Shown here: piece after piece, positions 31,577-43,804 of the stretch
How the letters are laid out: each line of letters opens with the position of its first letter
Position numbering within the stretch: the stretch's first letter is position 1
Origin: a virus
Lineage: Duplodnaviria; Caudoviricetes
Strand: one strand, 5' to 3'
Length of the DNA stretch: 44,561 nt
Virus record (IMG/VR): IMGVR_UViG_3300049043_000052
Span: 1 to 44,561 of that record
Made by a program: the position numbers and the translations under genes
The notes under the pieces: generated by a model
Told to the model about the DNA's origin: nothing
Databases searched by the model: none
Seen by the model: the letters and a program-made list of their open reading frames with translations, nothing else

Positions 31577-32334
31577 TTACCGGCCCCGGTGAGATTCCCA
31601 GTCGAACACAACCACGCGCCCGCCGTCCTCCCGGAGACGGTCCATCACGCGCTCGCCCAAGTACTTCGCAACGTCCTGCTTCGGCAGGTTGGACAACAAC
31701 AGCGTCGGCTTGCAGTCCTCGTACCGCTCGTTCAGGACATCGAACAGCAGGTTCCGCTCCGTCTCTGATCCGAACTGCACGCCGATCTCGTCAAGTATCA
31801 GAAGGTCCATGTCCGTCATGGCGGCGATGGCTGCCCCTCGGTCTCCTTGGTCGTCTCTCGGTTCCAAGTGTCCTTGATCCGCCGAAGGGCGCGTTGCACC
31901 GTCGAGTAGTAGACCTTGACGCCTTTGAAGATCAGGTGCGACGCGATGGCGCAAGCTAGGTGGGTCTTGCCGGTTCCAGGCCGACCCAGGAACAGCATGC
32001 TGCGGCCTTCGCGCAAAACCTCGTCGAAGTTGTAGGCGTACTCCTGCGCCCACTTGAGCGCGAACTTCTGCCCTTCCGACTCGGCGGTGTAGTTCTCCAA
32101 GGTCCGGTCCCGAAAGCGCACCGGCACGCCGGCAGCCTCGAACGTGTTGGCCTTACGCTCCGACGCTTCTGCGGCAGCGCGCTGTGCTTCGGCAGCAAGG
32201 TTGGCCTGCTCGGCCTCCTTCTCGCACACCGGGCACTTGCTCCAGACCTCCCTGAAAAGTCCGATCTGCTCGGATTCGAACTGGCCGTGCTGGTCGCACG
32301 ATGCCCCACGCTTCTGCCCTCGTTGCAGCATCAC
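31577..32334 (-). CDS. DnaC/IstB-like helicase-loader ATPase; frameshifted
   Basis: N-terminal CxxHG/CPVC zinc motif, GVPVRF..TLENY, Walker A GRPGTGKTHLA, Walker B LLILDEIG, LSNL, GERVMDRLRE, FDWESHR. Confidence 0.92.
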
Positions 32335-33089
32335 ACTAGGTCTCCGTTGGAGTTCCCGTACATCCCAGGGAGGAACTGGCGTTCCGTTTTAACGGCCCTT
32401 GCTGGCCCGCTGTTCGACGATCCCCAGTCTGCCCTGAAGGACTGCCACCCGCGCTCGATAACGGTTTGTAGGGCATCCTGGAGCGTTACGCCGGCCTTTG
32501 CGGCCTCCCTTCGGATGCCGGCGATGACGGTCGGGGTCACTGGTGCCCTGCGAGCCTTGCGCAGAGCCGCAAACTCGCCCCAGACCTGTTCGGTCACATC
32601 GTCCGGGCGTTCCGCGCGCACGGGCGGTGTATATTCTTCTGGGTCTTGGGTTCTGGGTCTTGGGTCTTGGGTAATGGGTATTGGGTAGTTGCACGTTCGT
32701 TGGATTCGCGTTGAACGTCCGTTGGACGCTCGTTAACGCCTGTTCAACGACCGTTGAACGTCCGTTGCTTTTTCGACGCTGGGCACTGATCCGTCCAGCC
32801 TTCGCGGCCATGGCAGATCGGTCGCGGCATCGCTCCAACTCGGCTTCGCAACGCCCGTGCATCCAGAGGTCGGCGTCCACCTCGTCGAAAAACTCTTTCA
32901 GAACGGACTCGACAGCTTCAACATGCTCTCGCAAAGCGATGAGCCGAGCGACTCGGCGGGCTTCCCACGAAGAGGCCCCTCCCCAACGCAGCAGGCGTCC
33001 AAGAGGCGGCGGTAGGCCAAGTCCTCCATCGGAGTCAGGTGCTTCGTGTGCGCCGAGTAGTCCCCGATGTGGAACGAGTAGTAGTACAA
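32331..33089 (-). CDS. Replication initiator (YdaU/DUF1376 N-terminal domain); frameshifted
   Basis: YYYSFHIGDYSAHTKHLTPMEDLAYRRLLD...WMHGRCEAEL...VWGEFAALRKARRAPVT...ERGWQSFRADW; upstream of DnaC; contains internal iterons. Confidence 0.88.
32641..32767. repeat. Candidate replication origin: 7x GGGTNNT heptamers plus ~6x 11 bp CGTTGAACGTC-like iterons
   Basis: Heptamers at 32641-32689 and 11 bp-periodic units at 32698-32767, inside the initiator gene as in lambdoid origins. Confidence 0.7.
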
Positions 33090-33090
33090 G

Positions 33091-33276
33091 CTACCTCTTG
33101 CGAGCTTCTTCGATAACCTTGCGCAGCGACTCACTCCGCATCTTGGCGGCTTGGGTGTTGCAAGGAACGCACACGGCGCAGGAGACGTAGCGAAGCGTTC
33201 CGCCACACTTCGGGCAGGGACGCCCGTGGTAGTGGACAAGGCCGGCCTCGGCTGCTTGGGTGCGCGTCATGGTCAT
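33091..33276 (-). CDS. Small Zn-finger protein
   Basis: AAEAGLVHYHGRPCPKCGGTLRYVSCAVCVPC. Confidence 0.65.
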   Translation of the reverse strand: MTMTRTQAAEAGLVHYHGRPCPKCGGTLRYVSCAVCVPCNTQAAKMRSESLRKVIEEARKR

Positions 33277-33556
33277 AGGTGTAGACGGATCGGTGGGAGG
33301 AGTCAAGGTCATGCCTAGGTTTTTAGTTTTGCTCAAGGCCGAACCGTAGCGGAACGACCCACCGCCTCAAGCCCTAGGCGAGGCAAACGTGCGCCGTCAG
33401 TAGGTCAGCGTCCTTCCAACGCGCCCAGACCGTCCCGCCCTCTCCGTCCCGCTCCCGCACGAAGATCGCCGTCAACTGGTCCATGCGCTGCGGCTCCTCG
33501 CCGGCAGGACGGATCACGACCGTGGGCCTCCCGCAGCGCGGGCAGGGCGAGAAGAT

Positions 33557-33661
33557 CAGCCCCACAGCAGGGCGGCCAGGATGGCCCAGAAGGCCGCCAG
33601 GATCGTCACCCAGGCCAGCACCAGATGGGGTCGCTCGTCCTCAGGGCGACGCGGCCACATC
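33557..33661 (-). CDS. Small single-pass membrane peptide (34 aa)
   Basis: MWPRRPEDERPHLVLAWVTILAAFWAILAALLWG*, read directly from the sequence (below the ORF-track cutoff). Confidence 0.4.
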
Positions 33662-33987
33662 GACCCGGAGAAATCAGGCGTAGCCGGAGTAGCCACAGAT
33701 CAGGTCCGCTTCGGTGATGCCGGTGCCGATGCGGTGAACCGGCTGAGAGAAAATCCGGGGCGGCCCCTCCGGGAGAGCAGGTGATGCGGCCTGCTCAGGC
33801 TGGGAAGGGAGTTGGGAGACATGGCCGGCGGGCCGCCCCGGTGGTGTGCAAAAGATGGCTACGCGGTCCAGGTTCTCGTTCCGTTCCTACTGAACCTCAT
33901 GCGTCCCTCTACGCCTCGGTCACTCGTTCTGGGCCGCGCAGCCGATGTGCGAGCAGGCTTTCTAGCAGCCTTTCCGAAAGTTGCAAG

Positions 33988-36900
33988 CTACTTCTGCCGA
34001 GTTCCTTCGGCAGCTACGCCGGTCAGGGTGCCGCGCACGGCATCCGCCCAGTTGTAGTTTTCCTGCACGCCGGTCAGCGTCTCCACGCCGTAGGCTGCAC
34101 GCGACACGATGCCGCTGATCGGGATGCCGGCAACCATGTCCACGACCGTGAACACATCGCGGATCTTGCGCCCGCTCACATCCTTGTTCTCGTCGAGCAT
34201 CGCCTTGATGACATCGGTTGCGCCGCCGCCGATGCGCTCAAGCATGTTGATCGCCGGAGCCGTCAGGGCGCGGTCGTTCCAGGTGTTGTCGTCGAACCTG
34301 TTGATCGTCAGCGGAGCGATGACCGACGAGCCGAACGGGACCATGCTGAGTGCGCCACGCCCGAGGACATCGAGCAGCCACAGACCCGTTTCGTCTCGGT
34401 AGCCGTCGTCGTCCTCGTCGTCCCATTTGCCTGCGAACGTCTTGGCAATGGCACCGGCAACGATCGTCGGTGCAGCGAAGGCGAACAGCCACGCATAGAA
34501 CAGCTTGCCCTTGCCTTTGTTCCATCCGCCATCGCGGATGATCTTGACGAACTCGGTGCCGTTCAAGTTCGCCATCATGTTGAAGTAGCCGGTGAACTGC
34601 GTCAGCAGGCGCATGAACTCGGTGCCGCCTTCCATCGCGCTGATCTGCTCCGGCTGCACGCCGCCTTGAGTGAGCGACACCGCAGCGTCTGCACGAGCGA
34701 CAGCCTCGGCCTCGGCCTGCCCTTCGGCAACAGCCTGCTCGTATGCACCGCTCCAGACCGTGGCGTCAACCAAGTTCTGCGACGTACTGCTGGAGGAAGT
34801 AGGCGTGCCGAGCCGCCCACGACTGAGCTTTCTGGAACTTGTTGGGGTTGACCAGCACCTCGTTCATCGACTCTTGCAGTTCAAAGATCTGAGTCCTGAA
34901 CCGCTGGTCCATAAACTGCGACTTCTGCGAGATCTCGTCGTACATCACCCGACGCGACTGCTGGCTAGCGACCACGATGCGCTTCAACGCCCCGCGCAAG
35001 CAGCTCCCCTTGACCTTCGTTGCTGCCAACAGCAGGCCAGTAGATCGCCGTGCCGCGTTGCTCAGGTTCGGCGAACACGATCGCCATGCCAGCTCGGTTG
35101 CGGACCATGCGGATCCACGGATCAAGTGCTGGCATCCCGCTGGTCTTGCCAGTGCGCTGCGACGCAACCTTCTCCAGCCACGGGATGATCGTGTTGGGCA
35201 TGATCGTCGGGTCGATCGCGTTGAACATGCTCTTGATGTTCTCGTCGCGCAGCAGACGACTCATGTCCCACAGCACAGGTTGCAGATGGACGAACCTCTG
35301 AACGTGCTCGATGTGCTGCGGAATGCGGCTCAGATCGAAGTCCAGCGGCTTGTTGTAGCCGTCCATTCGCTTGATCGTGAAGCCCCAGCCGGTGGTCGGC
35401 ATGGAGTCCTTGAACTCCTGATCGACCTCCGCACTCTTGGCCGGATCAAAAACGTCGTACACAAGGTCGCGGTCAACGCGCGCAGGAACGTAGCCGCCAC
35501 GGTAGGCAGCCTGCGAACCGTCTGGGAACGTGACGGTGAACGCTTCGGCAGGAACCTCGTCGAAGAACGTCCCGAACTTGATGCGGTAGACCCGCTGAAT
35601 GTCGGGCTTCATCTCCTCGGTCAGATCCCAGATCGCTTGCACCGCGTCAAAGTGCTCCTTCTTCAGGATGCCGCGCGCAACGTAGTCGCGGATCATCTGC
35701 TGCCAACGGGAGTCGTCGATCGCGCCGGTTTCTTCGTCGTACACAGCCCACGGGTTTCCTGGGCGACCGCCTAGCAACATCTTCGCCTTGTTGCTCATGT
35801 TGCCGGTGTGCAGCATCGCAGCAACAAGCTCCTGCGTGTTCTTCCAAACGTAGTCGATGTAGTCCGTAGCGTCGATCGGCTCCTCGGACAGGTGAGGCTG
35901 TAGATCCTTCAGGATCTTGACGTACTGCTTGTACGCCTCGTCGCGGCTGTTTCGGTACTGGCCGATCGCCTTGTGGATCGGACGCCAGAAATACTTGGTA
36001 AACGGCCCAGGCTGATTTCCGTCGAACGAGTCAAGCAGCGACTCAACTCGGCGCATCGAGCTTCGGATGCCTTGGAAGAACGCGATGAAAGACTCCCAGC
36101 GAGTAACAGCTTTATTCTGCCCAGGAAGCGGCCCCTTCTTGACGAGCTTGGCACCTTGTTCCGTGATCTCAGCAACCGCCTGCTCGACGGCTACCCGCTT
36201 GCCTTCGACCACAATCGACTTGTCGCGCTCGCCTTCCGCCCACATCGAGGCCACCGCGCCCTTGAGGCGGCGGATCTCCTCAATCGTCATCTCCTTGACC
36301 GACTTGTTCTTGGCCGCAGCCTCTCCGATCAAGCGGTTCATCTCGGCGTAGGCAGAAGGCTCGTACTTCTGCAACTGCCCAAGCCAGACGCGCGCGTCGT
36401 TCATGCGCTTGTCGCGCTGCGCTTGCGTACCTCCAGCACCGAAATCCAGCAGGATGGCGCGGATCGCGTAGACGTACTCAAGCGACCGTCCACGGGCGAC
36501 AACCTTGTCCTTCTTGCGGAAGAAGTTGTTGAACCACCGCAGAGTTGACTTGTACTCGCGCTGAATCGAAACAGCTTCGCGCGGCCATCTGGTTGTGGTA
36601 CAACTGCTCACGCTTGGCCTGGATCGCCCCAGGCAGGTCGTTGTCCGTCAGCTTCGCCAGCGCATCGCGGCTAGACCTTCGCTCGGCAGACTGCGACAAC
36701 GCAGGCCGCACCGTGCTTGCGGCGCGCGTGCTCAACACCTGAGCGGCAGCCATCCGCGCAGACGCCCGCATGATCCGCATGGACAGCGCGCCTTCCGCCT
36801 TGTTGCGGATCTCGTCAAGCTGCTGCTTGAGGCCGGCGATCTTCGCCTCTGCCGCTGCAAGTGCCGCAGAGTCTCCGCTTTCCTTGGCCGCATCGCGCTC

Positions 36901-39900
36901 GGCTCGGACAGCCTTCAACTCCGTCTTCATCTGAAGCAACTGCTCCTGCGCCTGAGCCTGCTGCGCAAGATCGGCTTCGGCGTTCGCGCCGCCACGGGTC
37001 TTCTTCTCCAAGGCGCGCAACTCCATCGTCAGCCAGCGCGTGTTGTGCTCGTTGACCAGCGACGCACTGACGGCTTCCTCCATGGCCTCGGCACTGGTCA
37101 GGTCGCCGTACTCGCGCAGCATCCGCAGGTCGATGACCTTCTCAACGGCCTCGTCCATCGAAGGTGCCTTGATGAGGTCGGCGACCATCTTCTCAACCGA
37201 CTCATAGCCGAACTGCTGCGCCACCATGCCGGGGTCAGCACCATCCTCGGTCAAGTACTCCGACACCTTGCTGCGACCGGCAAGGGCTTCCTCCTTCCGC
37301 TCAACCTTCCGGTCGATGACCTTCAAGAGACCCTTGGCCGTGGCAAGCTCCTCGCGGGCAGCCTTGACCATCGCGTCGCGCTCTGCGTTGGCGGCAACAG
37401 CGTCTTCGTTCAACGCCTTGATGCGGCGAACGTCCTGCTCCCAAAGCTCAAGCACCTGGGCGCGCTGTGCCTTGCCCGCCTCGTCTTGCGGGGCAAGCGG
37501 GTCAAGGTGCTTCGGCTTCTCAGGCCAGCACGCGCAACTGCTGCTTCTCCATGCCGACCAAGATGTCTAGCTTGCGCTGCGCTGCCTGGACCTCCCCGTT
37601 GATCCAAGTCTCCAACTCGGTCAACGCCGCAGGCATCTCAATCAGCGCACGACGGTCCAGCTTGTGAACCTTGCGCTTCTCCTGCGAGGTCACGCCCTCG
37701 GCGTCCGTCATCGTGCCGTCCTTCAAGAACGACCGCAGACGCTCAACCTGCCGTAGCTCAACCTCCGCAACGGCCTCATCGCGCATCACGGCGCGCACCT
37801 CCTCGAACCGACGCTGCAACGCCTTCAATCGCTCGTCGCCGCTCGCGCCAGCTTCGACAACTGCGTCGATGCCCATACGCATCAACTGCGCCGCCGCCTC
37901 GTCCATGCGGCCACGCTCAACGTCGTTGTAGCGATCCCAGTCCTCGGCAGGGTTACCGAAAGCGACCCACTGCTCACGGCTCAGGAACAAGGGCACAGCC
38001 GCCCGCGTCGCCTCGGCCCATCTTGGCTTGGCTCTCACCGGCAACCATCCGGTTGAACACCTGCCGGATCTCATCGGTCATGCCGGGGAGATCGCGGCCC
38101 GTCTCGATCTTGTAGGTCTTGTTGATCTCCTCGACGCTCTTCCAAGTGTCGGTGAAGAACTGCTTGATGGCGCGGAACATCCGAATGTACTGCGGCGGAT
38201 GCGCCTTGCCTTCGTACAGCCACTGCTCCCAAGCGTAGGAAACCGTCTCGTGGATCACGCGCTGCTGGTCACGGGGCGCGGCTTGGTACGCAGCGAAGTC
38301 GCCCTTGAACTCCGCGAACTCCAGCAGCTTCTGGAAGTCCTGCGCCATCGACTCGGTTGCCACGCCACGCTGGATCGCATCGGCGTAGGTGTCGAACATG
38401 TAATGCATCAACTCATGGAACCAAGTGCCCGGCTTCGCCTGCGGGTTGAGCATCGTGCGGCGGGTCAGGCGGTTGTAGGTGCCGCCAATGTCGGAGTCTG
38501 GGGTCTGGCTGTAGAGAATGCTTTCCTTCGCAACGTCGAACCGCTGCGACAGGGGGATGATCTTGCCGGTGGAGTCACGGGTTCAGGGTCGGCGGATTTG
38601 ATCTGCGATGCGTTAAATACTGCCCACGATGTTCCTAAGTTTTCCGATCCAGACAATCCGTCTCGCACATTATCAAATCTAACAGAATCATGACCGAGCC
38701 GTTTGGCTTCGTTGACAATGCGCGACATTTCAATGGCGTCACCAACACGCCCACCCATGTCATAAATGAAAGGGTTTTCCGCCTTAAGAATGACTTTGAC
38801 AACAACTCCTGGCTCTATTTCGTTGCCATCCTCGTCGTAAACTACAGGCTCTCCGTATTCCCGAGGATAAATATATTCCTCTGCCATATCTCGGTTATCA
38901 GTTAAGAAAGCTGCTCCTGGAACTTCTACTGCGTATTTGGGGCTTATGCTTGTGACGGTTTTTCTATGAGTTCCATGGAACATACCGGAAAATATTAAAT
39001 CCGGCCTTTTTCGCCGCCTCATCTACCATCCGCTGCGCCGTCTCCATGTCGCCAGCTTCGACAGCGGCCATGTAGGCGGCGTCCTCGTTGGGGGTGATGG
39101 TGGGGGGTGCGGCTCCGCAACTCCTGCCCAACCGCAGCCCCAGCCGTGTTCCACGACTGAACGTACTGCTCTAGCTCCGTGCGTTGCTCGGGCGTAAGGG
39201 TCACCTTGGGGTCGGTCAGCAGATCCTCAGCCTGCTCAAGCGTCGTAGGCTGCTGCGCCTGAGCTTCTGGGGCAACGGCGGCCTCGCCCTCTGCCGGAGC
39301 CACCGCAGCAGCCTGCGCCCGCTCCCTGCAACACGGCAAGGCGGGCAGCCACAGCGGCTCACGAACAGCAGGCGCGGGAGCCGCCGCTGCCTCGGGTCTT
39401 CATGCCGCGTTGCGCGTGCCAAGCCTCCGGCAGCATGTTCTCCGCCGTCGCCATCCGCATGACGAACATGGTCTGCAAGTTGGCGGCGATGCGGGCCTGA
39501 TCCATCGGGCGACCAGCGGCTTGGAGCTCGAGGCGGTCAACTGCCGGCGCAGGCGAGTCGCGCTGTCGCGGAACTTCTTGTCCGCCTGCGCCTTTTCCGT
39601 TACCTGCTTCTGCATGTCGCCAGCCATCTTCTGAATGTGCGGCTGGTACTCGATCACTTCGCTCTGGCTCATGCCGGCAAGGTCGATGCGAATGTCATCC
39701 ATCAGCACGGACAGCATTTCGCTGCGCGCCAGTTTGGTAGCCATCTCCGAAGTCCTGACCGCGGTCAGCGTGTCGTTTTTGCCGACGGCTGAGTCCAACT
39801 GCTTCGCCACATCGGGCAGGATGTCGCGCAGGACATCGAACGCCGACTTCTGGAGCTTGCCCTGCTCCGTGGCCTGATCGTCGATCGCCTGAAGCCGCGA

Positions 39901-41317
39901 CCGCAACGTGTCAGACTCGATGAACACCTCCGGGACCGCTCCGCCCTGCGCCCTCTCAACAAACTGCTTCGCCAACTCGGGGTTGCGCTCGGCTAGCTTG
40001 GTGTCCTGAACGCCCTGGGCGATCGCCTTCAGGATCTGCGTGTCGGACTTCGACGACTCGGCACGCTGCATGTCCACCATGAAGTTCGCCATGGGGCCGG
40101 GGAGGCCCAGCACAGCCATGCTCATGGCGGTTTTGGACATGATCGCGCCTACGCGGTCGTAGATCTTCTGCCGCCCATCAGGCGACGAGATCATCGAGTC
40201 AAGTTCCTCGCGGCTGTAGGCCGTGGCAAGCTCCTGCCCAGCGATCTGGCTGATCTCCTGGGCCACTTCCGTCCCGATTTCGCCAGCCATGCCAACGAGG
40301 TAGGACTTCACGAAGCTGCCGACGCCAGACTTCGCGGTGACCGGCGCGAAAATCTTCGGCATCACCTTGCTGCCCAGCTTGCCGCCGAGGGCCGTAAACG
40401 GCTTCAAGGCATACTTGCCAAGGGCCGTTTCCACGGCACCGTTCACGATGCCCACCATGAGCGCGGACGACTTGGCCTCAGACTCACCAAGGCCAGCCTC
40501 GATGTAGTCCAGGTAGGCGTTGCCGCCCTCGATCTGCGCCGTCTGAACGCCTGCGTCAGCAGGAACGCCGTGGGGCCAGAGATCAGCGCAAGCGGAGGAG
40601 CAACGGCACCAACGCCGGCAGCAGACGCACCAGCCGCCATCGACGCTGGCAGCGTCTCGGACATCTGGCCCAGCACCTCGGAGGTGCCGCCCATCATCCC
40701 ATAGAACAAGCCGCTTCGCTCGGGCAGCCGCTTCGGCGTTGTTGATCTCCTCCAGCCGCTGCATGTCCTCCTTGGACGCCGAGCCCATGGCGATGCGCGA
40801 ACCGATCTGGCCGCGCTCAACCATCATCTGGCCTTGGCTCCAGTTGGCCCCGATCCACTGCCACAAGCCTTCGATCTGTTGCAGGTTGTCTAGGTCGTCG
40901 TACGCCTGAGCAGCGAAATCCCACTCGCGCATCTGCGCGGCAAGCTGCGGGTACTTCGCGTCGAACGCCTTGCGCTCAACGTCACGCTGCTTGCTGACCT
41001 GCTCTGCGATCTTCCAGTCCTGCGTCGGGTCAGTCGGGTCTAGGCCAAGTTCCTTGGCGACGGCTACCTTGCGGGCGGCCTGATCCGGGTTCTGCTCAAC
41101 GGCCTGCCGGAAGTTGCGCAACTGCATCGCCTGCCGGTCTTCCTCTTGGCGTTCCAGAGACTGGACCCACAACGAGGCGGGAGACACCGGGTCTTGCGGC
41201 GGGATCTGCGCAGGCTCCTGAGGGGGCGGAGCCGCGACGATGGTCGGTATCTGCGGCTGCGGCTGCTGACCAAGCGGGTCTTGCGGGAGCGGGGAACAGG
41301 CTGGTCGTGTCGGTCAT
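33988..41317 (-). CDS. Giant internal virion (ejection) polyvalent protein, ~2400 aa, with ART and HExxH domains; frameshifted
   Basis: Contiguous minus-strand ORF fragments with no intergenic gaps, third in the internal-protein block. Gly/Ala-rich membrane-like N-region, ART cassette, WFHELMH, long helical C-terminal region (GGYVP, TQGG, FTGYFN). Confidence 0.8.
38520..39090 (-). other. ADP-ribosyltransferase (ART-PolyVal-like) domain within the giant virion protein
   Basis: DAAYMAAVEAGDMETAQRMVDEAAK - FHGT...FLTDNRDMAEEY...VILKAENP...GHDSV...AVFNASQIKSADP - DSTGKIIPLSQRFD. Confidence 0.8.
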
Positions 41318-41319
41318 GG

Positions 41320-43802
41320 TTACCGGTTCTCGCGCTGCTGGTTCAGGATCTCGCGGAGTGCCTTCGTCTCGGCTTCGCTCTTGGCTTTCTGCGCGGCTTC
41401 TAGATTGGCTGCAAGCTCTCGGCTTGGCCTCTGTTGCGCTTCAAGGTATGCAGCAACGTTTTCTTTCGATGCAACATTCGGCTGCATTCGCTGGACTTGC
41501 ACTGCTTCTTCTTGCCCTGGGAATCTGCTTTCTTGCTTCATCAGTCGCGGTAGATCGCTCAATGGGCCTACCACTGAATACACATTTTCAATCGCCTGCT
41601 GCATCAGCTTGAGTGCTTCCTGCTCTTCGCCTGGATTCGCCCAAGTGACGTTCTCGCCAAAGACCTTCTCGAGACTTGGCAAGCTGAAGGAAGCTCGCCG
41701 CGTTGTCCTTCGCGGTTTGGTAGCCGACCGACCCGTCATCAGGCAGCGTGCTGCGCACCCACGCCTTGAGGTCGAAGCCGGTTGATTCCAAGCCTGATCG
41801 AACGGACTGCGCTCCCGCAGCGCGAACCATCGCGTCCTGCCGCTCACGCTGGACCTTGGCAGCACCCGCTTGCATCTCCATCTGCAAGTGCGATCGGATC
41901 ACAGTTTCGAGGCCGGTGGTGAAACGGCCTCCACTGGCCTCCGCTTCCGCGATGGCTTCATCAAGTACAATGGCACGCTGCTGCATCTGAGGCTGGCTAG
42001 ATGCGCGCATCTGCTGGACGGCATCCCGAGCGTTCTTGAGCGCGTTCGCACGCACCTGAGAATCGCCCATCCACTCGCCAAGAGTCATCCGCGTGGTGTT
42101 GCCTTGCTGGTCAGTCTCCACGAACGTGATGCCGGACTTCTGCTCCTGCGACATCGCGTCAAAGTTGGCGGCCAGCACAAGCGTGTTGACCTCGGTTTCT
42201 CCAGCACCAACGTCTGCGGTAAGGCTTGCGCTCGGACGGAGCCTGCGCATTGGCCCACTTCATCATCGCCAGCTTGTCGTTGGTATCAACACCAGACGCA
42301 TTCAGGCGACCCTGCACTTGCAGGGCATAGCGCATCCACTGCTGATTCCATGCAGCGTCTTTCTTCTTCGTTTCATCCCACTGCATCCCCGTAGCCGCAG
42401 TGACCAACTGCCTGTTGAAATCGTCCTTCTCAACAAGCTCGTAGCTCTGCTGGACCGTTCAACCGCTACGCAGCCTAGTGCCCGTGGGCAGACCGAGTTG
42501 CGTAGCCATCATGCCTTCCAGTTCAGCCATGTCGCGCACGGATAGCTGCGTGCGCTGCTTCGCGTAGATTTGCGGCCACGCCTCCTCCGGTGCGGCGTCC
42601 GCAGGGTTCAGCCTCCGACTTGCTGTGGAAAGCGAGTTGCCCGTCGTCTGTCGTGAACCGCCCCTTGTCGGCAAAGAACTGTTCCGCTTGTTGCAGTAGG
42701 TTCTTGTCGCGTAGCCGGCTGACGAGTGTCGCGTTCTGTCGGGAGACGCAGCGCAGACGAGTCCGCCCGTTGCCGCGAAGGGCTTGAGTAAGCGACTGCT
42801 CGTAGGCGTCCGTCAGGGCGTTGGCGCCCTTCTTGCATCGCCTTGCTTCTCGACGCTCGCAAAGCTTGGCAGCTTGGCAAGCGTGGCGTTGTAGACGGTG
42901 CCGTCGATGTCGCCCTGCAAGCGCAACAGGTCTGAGAGTCTGCTTACTGGTTGCCCAAGCCCTGCGCGGAGCCGGAAATCCTTGTGCAGCCAACAGAAAC
43001 GCATCGTCATCAACGTCCATGTCGCGCAGGCCAGCCTCAATCTTGCCTCGCAGGTTGGAGGAGATGGCGTCGCGGTTCTGCTTGTAGTAGTCCCGCGCCA
43101 TCTGCCGCGACTGCGGATCTTGCTGCTCGGCAAGCGATGCCAGGACACCAGAATGGCATCTGGTCGGCAACCTCCTGCTTCATCACTTTGACCTGCTCGC
43201 TGTCGAGTGGAAGCCCCTGAGCACGGGCGACCACATCGACGTTCCGCATGGCATCTTGGTACAGAGGGTTATTCCAAACCGGCCCCTGCGGGATAGTCGA
43301 TGGCGACTGGTACAGGCTGGTGTAGTCCTTGACGTTGGTCTTCAGGGCGGCTTGCGCTTCTCCGATCTCGAAAGCGGTTGCCTGCCCTTGGTAGTGGTCG
43401 TCGAGGACAGAGGTAAACTGCATGGCCCGGTCAGACCCGCGTTCCCCGAAAAGCTCCCGCTGGAACGAGTTGTCCAACCCGTCCATCAACTCCTTCCGCT
43501 TCTGCTCAAAGTCCTGAGCGAACTTGTCACGCGCCGACACGGCCTCCTTGCCGCGCATGTTGCGGTAGTTGCTGATCGCCGCCCGCGCAGAACTCCGCCA
43601 ACGCGGTGCTCGGCAGATCCGCGCCTTGCTGTCGTCGACTCGGGTCCTGAAGCCGGAGAAGCCCAGCCCCTAGCTGCTCCATCCCTTGACCGACGGCTGG
43701 CAAGCTGCTGGCCAGCGAGGCTCTGCGCAGGGGCGACGCCTGACCGGCTTGGAACTGAGGCATCGCGCCGGCCTGAAGGCCGATCTGGGGAACTTCGACC
43801 AT
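41320..43802 (-). CDS. Internal virion protein (~830 aa, T7 gp15 position); frameshifted
   Basis: MVEVPQIGLQ...; helical Gln/Ala-rich; lies between the small and giant internal proteins. Confidence 0.7.
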
Positions 43803-43804
43803 GG

